DNA from: Nostoc sp.
GTDB lineage: Bacteria; Cyanobacteriota; Cyanobacteriia; Cyanobacteriales; Nostocaceae
Reading direction: 5' to 3'
DNA: 64,000 nt
NCBI GenBank assembly: GCA_036918135.1
Contig: JBALDB010000003.1
Location: 32,001-96,000, forward strand
Shown: positions 52,721 to 63,413 of the stretch, in pieces
How the letters are laid out: each line of letters starts with the position of its first letter
How positions within the stretch are numbered: the first letter of the stretch is position 1
Position numbers and translations under genes: made by a program
The notes under the pieces: generated by a model
What the model was told of the DNA's origin: nothing
Databases searched by the model: none
Seen by the model: only the letters and a program-made list of their open reading frames with translations

Positions 52721-53324
52721 CCTATTTTCTCACTTGCATTCAATCAAATAGCCATTTTTTGATAATATTGTCTATTTATTAGTTTAGAAATTGAATTAAT
52801 TAAACTTACACTTTCCCAGGTAATAAAAACTTTTGTCAAAAGTCGTACTTTTATAAGTATTAGTTATTTTAATTACTCTTTTCAAAAAATTACAAAAATA
52901 ATATATTGGGCAATTTACCCTTAGTTAACTAAAGAACAGGTTTAAAATTATTTATACTTATTAAATAGCTCATTTGATAACAAATTAATTATTTAGTTAG
53001 ATAATTTAAATTTGTGATATTCATCTTCTTCAAAATAACTACGTATTTATTTAATAAATAACCGTAATTTAAGTAATTAATAATTTTTAATTGTCGAAAT
53101 ACCAATATTGATTGTTGAAGTTAAAAGTTAGCTACAAAATCATATTTGATACTGACATTTTTACTTACTTTCTTTAGATAAAAACACTTATATCTGTTGA
53201 TAGATAAAAACTTATTCCAAGCGATTGATGAAAAAGAAACATAAACATGTATAAATAGGTGTTACTACCAGCTATAACCGAGCTATAAATTTTTGAATAA
53301 TTTATTTTACTGTGGAGAAAAATA

Positions 53325-54956
53325 ATGGTTGTAGGTGTACAGAAGCGTGCTGTAGGCGTATTTTCAAATCGTCGAGATGTTGAACATGCACTACACGAAT
53401 TGAAAAATGCCGGCTTTGATATGAATAGAGTATCTGTTATTACGCAAGATGGAGAGCGTGATGATATTGCTGGCGCCGAAGTACGCGATCGCATTGGTGA
53501 TAAATCCGATGAAGGTGCGGCGGTGGGAGCAGTTTCTGGTGGTGCTTTGGGGGGATTAACAGGCTTATTAGTTGGTCTTGGTACTTTAGCAATTCCAGGA
53601 ATTGGGCCAGTTATGTTAGCTGGAGCAGCAGCAACCGCTCTGGCTACCACTCTCGCTGGAGCAGGTATCGGTGCAGTAGCCGGTAGTTTGCTTGGGGCAT
53701 TAATTGGTTTAGGAATTCCGGAAGAACGAGCCAGAGTATACGACGAACGCGTTAGACGAGGACAATATTTAGTCATCCTTGATGGTACGGATGCAGAAAT
53801 TGCTAGAGCAGAAGCAATTTTACGTCAGCGTGGTATCGAAGAGTTAGGCATTTACGACCACCCAGATAGCACATATCCGACAACAGGTGTTGCTAATAGA
53901 GATGTAGTTGCTGGCAAATATGCAGTAGGATACTTTTCTCATCGTCAAGATGCGGAAAGTGCAATTAACGATTTGCGAAATGCGGGTTTCCCTTTAAATC
54001 AAATTTCCTTAATTTATAAAGACTCTTTAGGACGGGAATCTTTTGGAGGGGTTCATGTGAGCGAGCGCTGGGACTCAACACGTTGGGTTCTACCACATGA
54101 CCGGACTAATTTCTATAACGAACGCATCAATCAAGGGGATTACATTATCCTTGTAGGTGGTACGGAAGCTGAAATTCAACGTGCAGCTGCTATTATCAGT
54201 GGGCATGGAATTCAACAGTGGCAAATTTACGATGCAACTGCTTACACCCCTACAACTACATCTGAAGCTACATCAGTACAAGCAGCCAAACGCGCGATCG
54301 GTGTATTTTCTCATCGTCGAGATGCAGAAGCAGCACTTACAGAATTGCGAGATGCGGGGTTCCCATTGAGTAGAGTCTCAGTGATTGCCAAAGATGCAGA
54401 CGATCGTGGGATCGCTGGAGTAGATAATAGAAACATTGGTGCAGGCAACAAAGCAGACGACGGTGCCAAAGCTGGTGCAGCTACCGGCGGCGTCGTAGGC
54501 GGCTTGACAGGTTTATTAGTTGGTCTTGGTACTTTAGCAATTCCAGGAATCGGCCCGGTGATCGCAGGTGGTGCAGCAGCTACCGCCATAGCAACAACAC
54601 TGGCTGGTGGTGCCATTGGTGCAGCAGCTGGGGGTATTGTTGGCGGGCTGGTTGGTTTAGGAATTCCGGAAGATAGAGCTAGAGTTTATAGCGATCGCTT
54701 CCAAAGAGGGGATTACTTATTAATTGTTGATGGTACTGAAGGTGAAATCCGCCAAGCTGAAGCTATTCTCAAACGTCAGGGTATTGAAGAATTCGAGACG
54801 TATGACGCTAGGGATCTAGGTGAAGATCGCTCAGGTTTTGAGCGAGGAACCTATGACAACACAGAAATTTTTGAGCGCGATCGGATCGACTACGCAACAG
54901 TTGATAGAGACGAGCCTGCTGTGATTATTGTTGACAATCGGGATGAAACAATCTAA
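53325..54956 (+). CDS. General stress protein (YflT/17M-like domains, repeated)
   Basis: Three 'A(V/I)G.FS.R.DAE.A..EL..AGF' units and two Gly/Ala-rich 'GLGTLAIPGIGPV' membrane hairpins. Confidence 0.8.
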   Translation: MVVGVQKRAVGVFSNRRDVEHALHELKNAGFDMNRVSVITQDGERDDIAGAEVRDRIGDKSDEGAAVGAVSGGALGGLTGLLVGLGTLAIPGIGPVMLAGAAATALATTLAGAGIGAVAGSLLGALIGLGIPEERARVYDERVRRGQYLVILDGTDAEIARAEAILRQRGIEELGIYDHPDSTYPTTGVANRDVVAGKYAVGYFSHRQDAESAINDLRNAGFPLNQISLIYKDSLGRESFGGVHVSERWDSTRWVLPHDRTNFYNERINQGDYIILVGGTEAEIQRAAAIISGHGIQQWQIYDATAYTPTTTSEATSVQAAKRAIGVFSHRRDAEAALTELRDAGFPLSRVSVIAKDADDRGIAGVDNRNIGAGNKADDGAKAGAATGGVVGGLTGLLVGLGTLAIPGIGPVIAGGAAATAIATTLAGGAIGAAAGGIVGGLVGLGIPEDRARVYSDRFQRGDYLLIVDGTEGEIRQAEAILKRQGIEEFETYDARDLGEDRSGFERGTYDNTEIFERDRIDYATVDRDEPAVIIVDNRDETI

Positions 54957-55225
54957 ATTCAGAATTCAGAATTTAAAATTTTAAATTCTAAATCCTGTGA
55001 GTATACAGAGGGGATTAATCGAATCTCTACTCTAAATTCTCAGCAGCAGTTCCTCATGGGGAGCCACTCCACTGCGGCGGTTCCCCGTTGTCGGTAAAAC
55101 GTCTTCCTCCAGGGTAGGAAGTGGTATAGAAACCTTTAAGACTGCACTACCTCCTCCTGACTCCTTGCTCCTCACTTGTGCCGTGAATTTCAACAAATTT
55201 CACTTTCTGACTCAGAATTAAACAT

Positions 55226-55687
55226 ATGCAAAAGCTAACTCCCTTCGTAATTAGTTGCCTTTTAGTTTTTGGTGTTGCTGCTTGTGATAATGCTTCTAAA
55301 ACAAGTGAATCGGCACCTGGTAATCCCAATCAAGCTCCACAAACACCTAGCGCACAAACAACAGAAGCCTCTCAAAAAGATGCACAAAGTGAACTCCGTA
55401 GAAAACAAGCGAATGCCGATATTCGTGCCCGCGAACAGCGCAATAATGCTACTGGAGGCGATGCAGATAGAGATAAAGGTGACCTAGCAAGTGAAGTTCG
55501 CTCTAAGTTGGAAGTTAATATACCCAATGGTCAACTAACAGTTGATGCAGCCAAAGATGGAACTATAACTGTAGGAGGAACCGTAAACAATAAAGAGCAA
55601 CTTGCTAAAATTGAACCTTTGTCCAAGCAAATTAAAGGCGTCAAAAATGTAGTTGTGAAAGCTGTAGTTGCCCCACCAAAAAAATAA
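55226..55687 (+). CDS. BON-domain lipoprotein
   Basis: Lipobox VAAC; 'DLASEVRSKLE...GTITVGGTV...IKGVKNV'. Confidence 0.85.
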   Translation: MQKLTPFVISCLLVFGVAACDNASKTSESAPGNPNQAPQTPSAQTTEASQKDAQSELRRKQANADIRAREQRNNATGGDADRDKGDLASEVRSKLEVNIPNGQLTVDAAKDGTITVGGTVNNKEQLAKIEPLSKQIKGVKNVVVKAVVAPPKK

Positions 55688-55834
55688 GTCACCTAACAAC
55701 AATCTAAATAAGTGAGTAGGCAGCTATAAAGAAGACTTACAGCAGACTTAAATTTGGCTAATTCGACAAACTAAACTAAGTCTAGTAGTGATTCTGCTAT
55801 AAATGCCCCTACTCAGTCTTAGTTATTAATCAGA

Positions 55835-55953
55835 TACAGCAGTTTTCTTTTGCATCAAGTACAAAGCTACGAGTTTTGAGGCAGGAGGTAGAAACTTTTT
55901 ATATCTAATTTTAAGTCCTGCATTTGTACCTCATTTACTTGCAAAGTGCTGTA
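55835..55953. repeat. MITE-like element, family B, copy 2
   Basis: Interior is the reverse complement homologue of 25359-25486. Confidence 0.75.
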
Positions 55954-56216
55954 AGTATAAGATTTGATTGAATTCAAATTTTTTACACTCTTAATTATAG
56001 AGATAACTCAAAGGCAATTTAAAAATCGAGTAATACATCACGGTATAAATAGAGCAATTATTTAAAATTTATATAAAGACTGCTATATAATACTTTTAAA
56101 TTTGATTTTTCCCTTGCGTTTATATAAGTGCTATACTTAACTAGTGACAAAAAATTATTGACAACTGACAAGTTGAATAATTATATTTATTGACGCTCAA
56201 ACAGTTATAAGAACTC

Positions 56217-56669
56217 TTGTCATTGCTAAAAACTAAAACTATGGAATCCCAACAACAGCAACTCGAATCTATCAATCCCTCTTCATTAGAAACTAAGCTA
56301 GCACTTGAAGGGACAAACACTACAAACTTGCCAAAGCTACCACCAGCACCAGAATCTCAGTGGGAAAAAATTAGTAGACAAGTTGCTGAATTTTTTGAGC
56401 ATTTGCCACAATACTTAAGCAGCTTTTTTAAGGACTACAAGCAGCCTTTAATAACAGTTGCTTTAATTTTGACAGCGCTCGTCACAGTTAAGGTAACACT
56501 AGCAGTTTTAGATGCTATTCACCATACTCCACTACTTTCAACAATTTTTGAGTTAATTGGAATTGCTTACACCACTTGGTTTATTTTTCGTTACCTGCTT
56601 AGGGTTTCAAATCGCCAAGAATTAGCCCAAGAGATTCGATTACTGAAAAACCAAATTGTCGGTGAATAA
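56217..56669 (+). CDS. CAAD/CURT1-like thylakoid membrane protein
   Basis: 'AVLDAIHHTPLLSTIFELIGIAYTTWFIFRYLL...RQEL'; start probably ATG at 56241. Confidence 0.85.
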   Translation: MSLLKTKTMESQQQQLESINPSSLETKLALEGTNTTNLPKLPPAPESQWEKISRQVAEFFEHLPQYLSSFFKDYKQPLITVALILTALVTVKVTLAVLDAIHHTPLLSTIFELIGIAYTTWFIFRYLLRVSNRQELAQEIRLLKNQIVGE

Positions 56670-56705
56670 ATTTCTAAATTATTAAGTTAGTTTCATCCTC
56701 AGACT

Positions 56706-56757
56706 CCCACACCCTGCAATCTCATTCCTTTCAAAGAGTAGGATTGCAGGGTGTGGG
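56706..56757. terminator. Strong hairpin after the CAAD gene
   Basis: CCCACACCCTGCAATC...GATTGCAGGGTGTGGG. Confidence 0.55.
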
Positions 56758-56955
56758 CTATATTGAGGAACGAAGAATAATCACTTCTACATTAGAAAAA
56801 CTCCAAGGTAGAGGGCAAGAGGTAGAAGGAATACTGTATTTTTTAAATACTGCCGCAACCAAAGGGAGCAACACCATATTGGTCTTTGGCTTCTGGTTTC
56901 TTTACTTGAGTAGATAAACAGCGATAATGTACTCAAATTATCACCGAGTTGTTTC

Positions 56956-58080
56956 ATGCTGCCAGTTATCAAAACCATTCCTTTACGTCAAATGGCTTCG
57001 GGCGATCGCCTTTTTCTCCAAGTTTACAAATTCATCGGCGCTCAACCTGGTAAAAAGGTTTACATTCAATCTAATTTACACGGTGCAGAAATTGTTGGCA
57101 ATGCCGTCATTCACCAGCTAATTGAATTTTTATCAACAATAAATAATACAAATTTAATTGGAGAAATTTGGCTTGTTCCAGTTTGTAATCCAATGGGTGC
57201 AAATGAACGCGCTCAGCATTTTTCTCCTGGACGTTACTGCGTTTACGAAGCTAAAGACTGGAATCGTATATTTTGGGATTACGAGAAAGAAGCTGATGAT
57301 TTAGTAGCTTTCACAAAATCTCAACTTCATCTTGATATAGAGGTCATTCGACAAAATTATCTAACTGTAATTAAGCAACAATTTGCTAAAATTTTATTAA
57401 AAATTAATTCTCCTAGTGCTGTGCCCTACACTGAGCTTTTTAGCTACAAACTACAAAATCTCAGTTTAGATGCAGACTATTTAATTGATTTACATAGTTC
57501 TACTAATCAAGCTTTAGACTACGTTTATTACTTCCGAAATCGAGAAGAAAGTGCAAAATACTTCCTGCTTGATTTCGGAATCTTACTGGATAAATATGAT
57601 GGTGACGCTTTTGATGAAGCATTTATCAAACCTTGGTTAGCACTGGAAGCTTGTTTTCAAAAATTTGATAGAGAAATCAAGTTTGATATCGAGGCTTGGA
57701 CTTTAGAATTGGGAGCAGGAATGCAAATGAACCTTGATTCAGTTGCTAAAGGTGTACGGGGTATAAAAAACTATTTAGCCCAAAAAGGTGTTTTACAAGT
57801 TCGTAATTTATCTGATACAAAAAACCATCAAATGAATTTTGTATGCAGCCGCAACCGAAAAAAATATTATGCGATCGCCGGTGGTATGATTCAAGAAAGA
57901 ATCGAATTAGGTAGCACTGTTAAAGCTGGAGAAAAATTGTATCAAATTCTCAGTTTTAATAAAGAAAGTCAGTTACCTACTGTAATTGATGTCTGCGCTC
58001 AACAAGATGGATTAGTTTATGATGTTGCAACTAATCAAGCTGTGAATGAAGGTGAATTTGTATTAGGGGTTATAAGTTAG
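56956..58080 (+). CDS. Succinylglutamate desuccinylase/aspartoacylase (M14) family protein
   Basis: 'LHGAEIVG', 'VPVCNP', 'DWNR', 'LIDLHS', 'TLELG'. Confidence 0.88.
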   Translation: MLPVIKTIPLRQMASGDRLFLQVYKFIGAQPGKKVYIQSNLHGAEIVGNAVIHQLIEFLSTINNTNLIGEIWLVPVCNPMGANERAQHFSPGRYCVYEAKDWNRIFWDYEKEADDLVAFTKSQLHLDIEVIRQNYLTVIKQQFAKILLKINSPSAVPYTELFSYKLQNLSLDADYLIDLHSSTNQALDYVYYFRNREESAKYFLLDFGILLDKYDGDAFDEAFIKPWLALEACFQKFDREIKFDIEAWTLELGAGMQMNLDSVAKGVRGIKNYLAQKGVLQVRNLSDTKNHQMNFVCSRNRKKYYAIAGGMIQERIELGSTVKAGEKLYQILSFNKESQLPTVIDVCAQQDGLVYDVATNQAVNEGEFVLGVIS

Positions 58081-58141
58081 TATATCGGTTACAAATTAAG
58101 ATAAGAGACGCGATTTATTGCGTCTTTGGAATTTTATATGC

Positions 58142-59002
58142 TTAAAAATACTTAGACAACAACCAGATAATTATTCCAGTTCCCACTAGACAAATAATTC
58201 CTGACAAGCCAGCTAGAGGTTTCTTGTTCTTACCTGTGAACCAGTCAGAGACTTTACCAGTGTAAGTAATCAGTTCTGCTGTGTCTATGGTAGCGATCGC
58301 CCATACCCATCCTGCATGTAGTCCCCAAGCTAAACCCAAATTACCGCGATCGGCAAACCGTGCCAACACCAGCACCATTCCCATCAGCCACAATCCAGGG
58401 AGTTGAGGTACAGTTTCGCGTTGTTCCCAAACGAGATGTAATAAAGCAAAAATCAAGCTAGAAATTATTGCTGCTAACCAAACCGGATAATCCTGGGCTA
58501 ATTCAGTCAACAAAAAACCGCGAAAAACTAACTCTTCTATCCCACCAACTAATAACGCTATCAAGAAAATTGGTAGCAAGATAGGTAGTAATAACTTAAT
58601 ATTCGTATTTTGAAAAGAACACCAACCTAACCCAAATTCCCCACTAAATACAATAGCTAGGCTTAGCACTCCCAAGCCTAAACCTAGTGCTAAAGAATTT
58701 AGAATTGAAAGACTGCCAACAAAGCCATAATCTAACAAAGATCTATTGACCAACCAACTAAATCCCCAGATAATCGGGGGAGCTAATAGGTAAAGTGACA
58801 CTAACAATGGCATCTTTTGCTCTGGCTGCAAAAATTTTGTCGGTTGCCAATTGAGCAATATTCCTGATATTGTTACCAGTGGTAACCAACACCCTACCCA
58901 GCAAATTAGGAATGCGATCGCTACAACTAGTCCAGGTGCATTTTCCATAAATGCCAGTAAGGCGTTGACTGAAAGTTCAAAAAAATTTATCAACACAAAC
59001 AA
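58142..59002 (-). CDS. CPBP/Abi intramembrane metalloprotease
   Basis: 'EELVFRG', 'FALLH', 'WGLHAGW'. Confidence 0.9.
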   Translation of the reverse strand: MFVLINFFELSVNALLAFMENAPGLVVAIAFLICWVGCWLPLVTISGILLNWQPTKFLQPEQKMPLLVSLYLLAPPIIWGFSWLVNRSLLDYGFVGSLSILNSLALGLGLGVLSLAIVFSGEFGLGWCSFQNTNIKLLLPILLPIFLIALLVGGIEELVFRGFLLTELAQDYPVWLAAIISSLIFALLHLVWEQRETVPQLPGLWLMGMVLVLARFADRGNLGLAWGLHAGWVWAIATIDTAELITYTGKVSDWFTGKNKKPLAGLSGIICLVGTGIIIWLLSKYF

Positions 59003-59199
59003 AAAAATACGATAGACTTCTTAGACTATAGATTTCCTGCTAATAAATCAAGACTCTACTAAATTTACTGACTCTGGCAAAGAGTCTAATCGTATTTTTT
59101 TCCTCGACAAAATTTTCTCAACACAGCTACCAATTGCTATCAGGGTAAGGACAAGTTATCAAGTATTCACCTGAAACTCATCCTTCCCATCAGCTTTCT

Positions 59200-59640
59200 T
59201 TACTCTTCCTCGTCCAAATCTTCGTCCGATTCGTCATCAGAGTCTAAATCTTGTGAGGTTAGTTTTTTATCGCTTTCACCAAGTTGAATCAGATGAATAT
59301 GCTTGTATCCCAACCTAATTTCAAACTCATCTCCAGGCTTTAAGCTCATTGCTTTGGTATATGTAGCACCAATCACAATTTGACCATTTTGATGCACACT
59401 AACGCGATACGTCGGTTCACGACCACGACCATCTTTTGGTGCTTCAGGACTTAGAGGAATCCCCCTAGCTGATAACAAAGCGTCATAAAAATCAGTGAGA
59501 TTGACGCGAACCTGGTTATTCTTTGTAACAGTGTAATAGCCGCACTGCTTGGCTCTTTCTCGGCGTGGTAAAGTGGAAAGTTCTTTTACTTTAGCAAGTA
59601 ACGCTTTTCCGGTTAATGGCGCGGTTGCAGTTTCACTCAT
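59200..59640 (-). CDS. calA: Cyanobacterial AbrB-like regulator (CalA/cyAbrB type)
   Basis: 'PLTGKALLAKVKEL...AKQCGY...FYDALL...GREPTYRVSVHQNGQIVIG...PGDEFEIRLGYKHIHL'. Confidence 0.85.
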   Translation of the reverse strand: MSETATAPLTGKALLAKVKELSTLPRRERAKQCGYYTVTKNNQVRVNLTDFYDALLSARGIPLSPEAPKDGRGREPTYRVSVHQNGQIVIGATYTKAMSLKPGDEFEIRLGYKHIHLIQLGESDKKLTSQDLDSDDESDEDLDEEE

Positions 59641-61079
59641 TATGCTCAATTTTTCCTTACTCTCTCCAAACTGATAAACGATGTAGTTTCATGCCAGTAT
59701 TCGGTTTTTTAGCATCTGATAAAGCTACTTAGGACACTAATGTGACGCGTGAATTCCTGCTGAACAAAGCCAAAAGCACTTCTATTATGGTTGTTCACAA
59801 CCTATTAGAGGTCAGAGTTCCCAAAGAGATTAATTTTGGTGATTTTACGGTACTTTTAACCATTATTCGCCATCAGAAAGCAAACTATTTTCTCTTTTGG
59901 CGCTAGTGTAGCGGTGTAATTTTCAGCCACCTTTACAAATTGGCTAGGTTCTACTACAAATAAGTTGTAGATCCAAGAAATTGCAGGTTTTTCACTTCAG
60001 TGGTTGCCCTGATTGCCAATGAGCAAGTAGAGTTTTCTCCACTCATCCTCAAAAGCTGAGGACAGCATAGTATTTTAATAGAGTCCTATGGGTTTACACC
60101 CTTTTGTCCTGCGAGTAGAGATGTGAATTTTCTTGTCTCTACATTACGAATCAACAAAGCAGTAGTAGCTGCGCTGATACAGCTATTGATTCTGGTTTTG
60201 TGAGTTCGTAATTTTATATTAAATACTAGCATGGACTAATAATAGCAAAATAGTTGTTTAATTTTGAATTAAACTTGCTGGTAAATTTTTATTTAAATCA
60301 CTGGACTTCAGTCATAAAAAACCAGTCAGGATTTTTCTAACCCTTGATTGCAAGCGTGAGTATTGTCCGATGGCTTTTAGAAAAATTTATCTAATTTAGA
60401 CGAGCAGTTTTGACCAATCAGTGAAATCTAAGATTTTTTTGATTCAGAGGAGGCAAAAAGCAAAAAGTCTCGTCTGTCCAGGTTTCCCGGTGCAAAAACT
60501 TTTCTTTGAAAGTGATGAGATTTTTTTTAGGTTTATTACCGTCAAGTAAAAAGTGATTAGAGGATTCTGTACGTCTGTCTATGGGAAGAATAAATCTCTT
60601 AACATATGTCTAGTGCTTAATTGTCACCAGCATCTATTGAGGTGAGCTTTCACACTTCTATATAATTAAAATATTCTGCCTTCGCTACTGGTTAAAGGAT
60701 TTTGAGAGCCAGTTGCTTTAACACAAGTTGACATAGATTTAATTTGGATACGATCGCTAGATAGGAGATGAACGTAAGTCACTCCCAAGCAAACCGCCTT
60801 TAGTTGACACTTCCCAACAGCTAAATTCAATTTCTAGCTGCGATAATAATTTTAGTGTTTTAGCTCAGAACTTGACGCAAATCTGTTATATAGCAGTATT
60901 ACAAGTCAAACTTTAATCGTTATCCTTAAACTAGAATCAGTCACTCTTTTATCGTCAGCTTATTAACATCAGACTTAGAATTAAGAGTAAAAAGAATATG
61001 GCTCAGGAGTGACAACTAGCGCCCTTGATTGATAATTTTCGAGACTGATGAAGCAATTTTAAAATTTTGGTTAAAAGCA

Positions 61080-62093
61080 ATGGAAGTTATTTTTAAGGTG
61101 ATTCGACAGCAACAAAATTCCTCCCCTATTGTCCAAACCTACATTGTAGAGGCTCAACCAGGTAATACAATCTTGGATTGCCTCAATTATATTAAGTGGG
61201 AGCAAGATGGAACTTTGGCATTTCGCAAAAATTGCCGCAATACCATTTGTGGTAGCTGTGCTATGCGAATTAATGGGCGTTCGGCTTTAGCTTGTAAGGA
61301 AAATGTTGGCAGCGAACTTGCTAGATTACAACAAATACCATCATCTGAAAGTAAAGTAAATGCCATTGGTGAGATCACCATTGCCCCTCTGGGAAATATG
61401 CCTGTGATTAAAGATTTGGTTGTGGATATGGGCAGTTTCTGGAACAATCTAGAAGCAGTCGCTCCTTATGTGAGTACCGCAGCGCGACAAGTACCAGAAA
61501 GAGAATTTTTGCAAACACCACAAGAGCGATCGCGCCTCGATAAAACTGGCAACTGTATTATGTGCGGTGCTTGTTACTCTGAGTGCAATGCCCGCGAAGT
61601 TAATCCAGATTTTGTTGGCCCTCATGCTCTTGCCAAAGCTTACCGCATGGTAGCAGATTCACGAGATAGCGACACCGAAAATCGCTTAGCAAGTTACAAC
61701 GAAGGTACTAAAGGTGTCTGGGGTTGTACGCGTTGTTTGTACTGCGATAGTGTTTGTCCAATGGAAGTTGCACCGCTAGAACAAATCACCAAAATTAAAC
61801 AAGAAATTCTCACCGAAAAACAAACCAGTGACACTCGCTCAATTCGCCACCGGAAAGTATTAATCGATTTAGTCAAACAAGGTGGTTGGATCGATGAACG
61901 TCAATTTGGTTTACAAGTAGTCGGCAATTATTTTCGTGACCTCAAAGGACTACTCAGCCTTGCACCTTTAGGATTGCGGATGTTATCTCGAGGTAAATTC
62001 CCCTTATCATTTGAAGCTTCCGAGGGGACACAACAAGTGCGATCGCTTATTGAATCTGTGCAACAACAAGAGGGGCTAGGGACTGGGGAGTAG
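61080..62093 (+). CDS. sdhB: Succinate dehydrogenase/fumarate reductase iron-sulfur subunit
   Basis: 'CRNTICGSC', 'CIMCGACYSEC', 'CTRCLYCDSVCP'; ATG start at 61080 preferred. Confidence 0.93.
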   Translation: MEVIFKVIRQQQNSSPIVQTYIVEAQPGNTILDCLNYIKWEQDGTLAFRKNCRNTICGSCAMRINGRSALACKENVGSELARLQQIPSSESKVNAIGEITIAPLGNMPVIKDLVVDMGSFWNNLEAVAPYVSTAARQVPEREFLQTPQERSRLDKTGNCIMCGACYSECNAREVNPDFVGPHALAKAYRMVADSRDSDTENRLASYNEGTKGVWGCTRCLYCDSVCPMEVAPLEQITKIKQEILTEKQTSDTRSIRHRKVLIDLVKQGGWIDERQFGLQVVGNYFRDLKGLLSLAPLGLRMLSRGKFPLSFEASEGTQQVRSLIESVQQQEGLGTGE

Positions 62094-62172
62094 GGATTGG
62101 GGATTGGGTATTAAGTATTGGAATTAAAAAATTCTTTCTCAGTCCCTAGTCAACAGTTAACAGTCCGCATCT

Positions 62173-62709
62173 CTAACGCGGTTCCTGGGGTATATTTAAC
62201 GGTTGTCCATAACGGTCATATACTAAAACATCCCACTGCCCGTTGTTACTGGATTCAAAAGCAATCCGATTGCCATCAGCGCTAATTGTCGGGTTGCGGA
62301 CTTCCGCTTGCAAGTTAGAAGTCAAATTCCGTGATTGGCGTGTTTCTCGGTCGTAGAGAAAAATAGCCGATCGCCCTTGGCGACTACCTGCAAACACAAT
62401 AAAGCGACCATCTTGGGAAACGCTAGGATGATTGGCGATCGTATCAAAAGAATTTAAGCCTGGTAAATCAACTAAATCACGAGTTAGCGTATCAAACATA
62501 TAAACATCTTGGCTACCCCGGCGGTCGGTGACAAAAACAATATATCTCCCAGAGATTTGGGGATCTAATTCCGAAGCAAAACTATTAAGACTGCGCCCCC
62601 CTGGATCGAAGGGATAACTTAAAATCCGAGGGTAACCAAAACACCCAGTTAATAAACTTAAGCATATAAATACAGGTATAAAAAGAATACGTTTCATAAT
62701 AGTTGTCAT
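62173..62709 (-). CDS. TolB/PD40-repeat lipoprotein
   Basis: Lipobox LTGC; 'PSVSQDGRFIVF', 'PTISADGNRIAF'. Confidence 0.85.
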   Translation of the reverse strand: MTTIMKRILFIPVFICLSLLTGCFGYPRILSYPFDPGGRSLNSFASELDPQISGRYIVFVTDRRGSQDVYMFDTLTRDLVDLPGLNSFDTIANHPSVSQDGRFIVFAGSRQGRSAIFLYDRETRQSRNLTSNLQAEVRNPTISADGNRIAFESSNNGQWDVLVYDRYGQPLNIPQEPR

Positions 62710-62805
62710 TAGTCATTTGTCATTAGTCATTTGTCAAGAGTTTGATAACTCCCAACTCCTAACTTCTAACTACTAACTTCTAACTCCCCCATCTCCCCAC
62801 CTCCC
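62706..62805. repeat. STRR heptamer arrays
   Basis: (GTCATTW)n followed by (AACTYCT)n. Confidence 0.7.
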
Positions 62806-63366
62806 CTACGGAGGCGATCCTGCAGTTGCACCATTAGGAATATCTAACTCTACATTTGGCCCCCGGTCTAGGACTTCAATATCCCATTGACCGCGGCTGG
62901 CGCTTTCAAAGACTACATAACGTCCATCTGGGCTGATATTGGGCTTTCTCACCCAACCGCGATAGATTGGGGTGAGGATTTGCGACTGTTGAGTGGGGCG
63001 ATCGTAAAGTGCTACTACTGGTCTACCTTGGTCGCTAGTAATATAAGCAATGTAACGCCCGGTGTAGCTCAAACTAGGACTTTCAGCAATGGTTTCCTGT
63101 CTGTTTATGCCTGGTGTGGGAATAAATAGTTGTCTCTCTAAATCGTATACTAGTAGCTGCTGATTACCATTGCGATTAGATACAAACGCTAAAAAGCGCC
63201 CATTTCCACTCAAAGCAGGTTGCTCCTCGGTGTAGCGACTGTTGAGGGAAGTAGACCCAATAAGAATATCGTTAGAACCACAAGATACAAGCAAACTTGT
63301 AAAACCAAAAACCAGGCTCCAATGAATTGGTCTTTGGAGCCACAATCTAGGCGTAAATTTTTTCAC
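62806..63366 (-). CDS. TolB/PD40-repeat lipoprotein
   Basis: Lipobox LVSC; 'PALSGNGRFLAF', 'PNISPDGRYVVF'. Confidence 0.85.
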   Translation of the reverse strand: MKKFTPRLWLQRPIHWSLVFGFTSLLVSCGSNDILIGSTSLNSRYTEEQPALSGNGRFLAFVSNRNGNQQLLVYDLERQLFIPTPGINRQETIAESPSLSYTGRYIAYITSDQGRPVVALYDRPTQQSQILTPIYRGWVRKPNISPDGRYVVFESASRGQWDIEVLDRGPNVELDIPNGATAGSPP

Positions 63367-63413
63367 CTCAAGTGTTTTCCGTTGCCTCCAAATCTATCTC
63401 CACACCAGCTGTT

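Noticed and set aside
53174..53776. 200-aa minus-strand ORF (also 54311-54616)
   Set aside because: Antisense shadow of the Gly/Ala-rich stress protein
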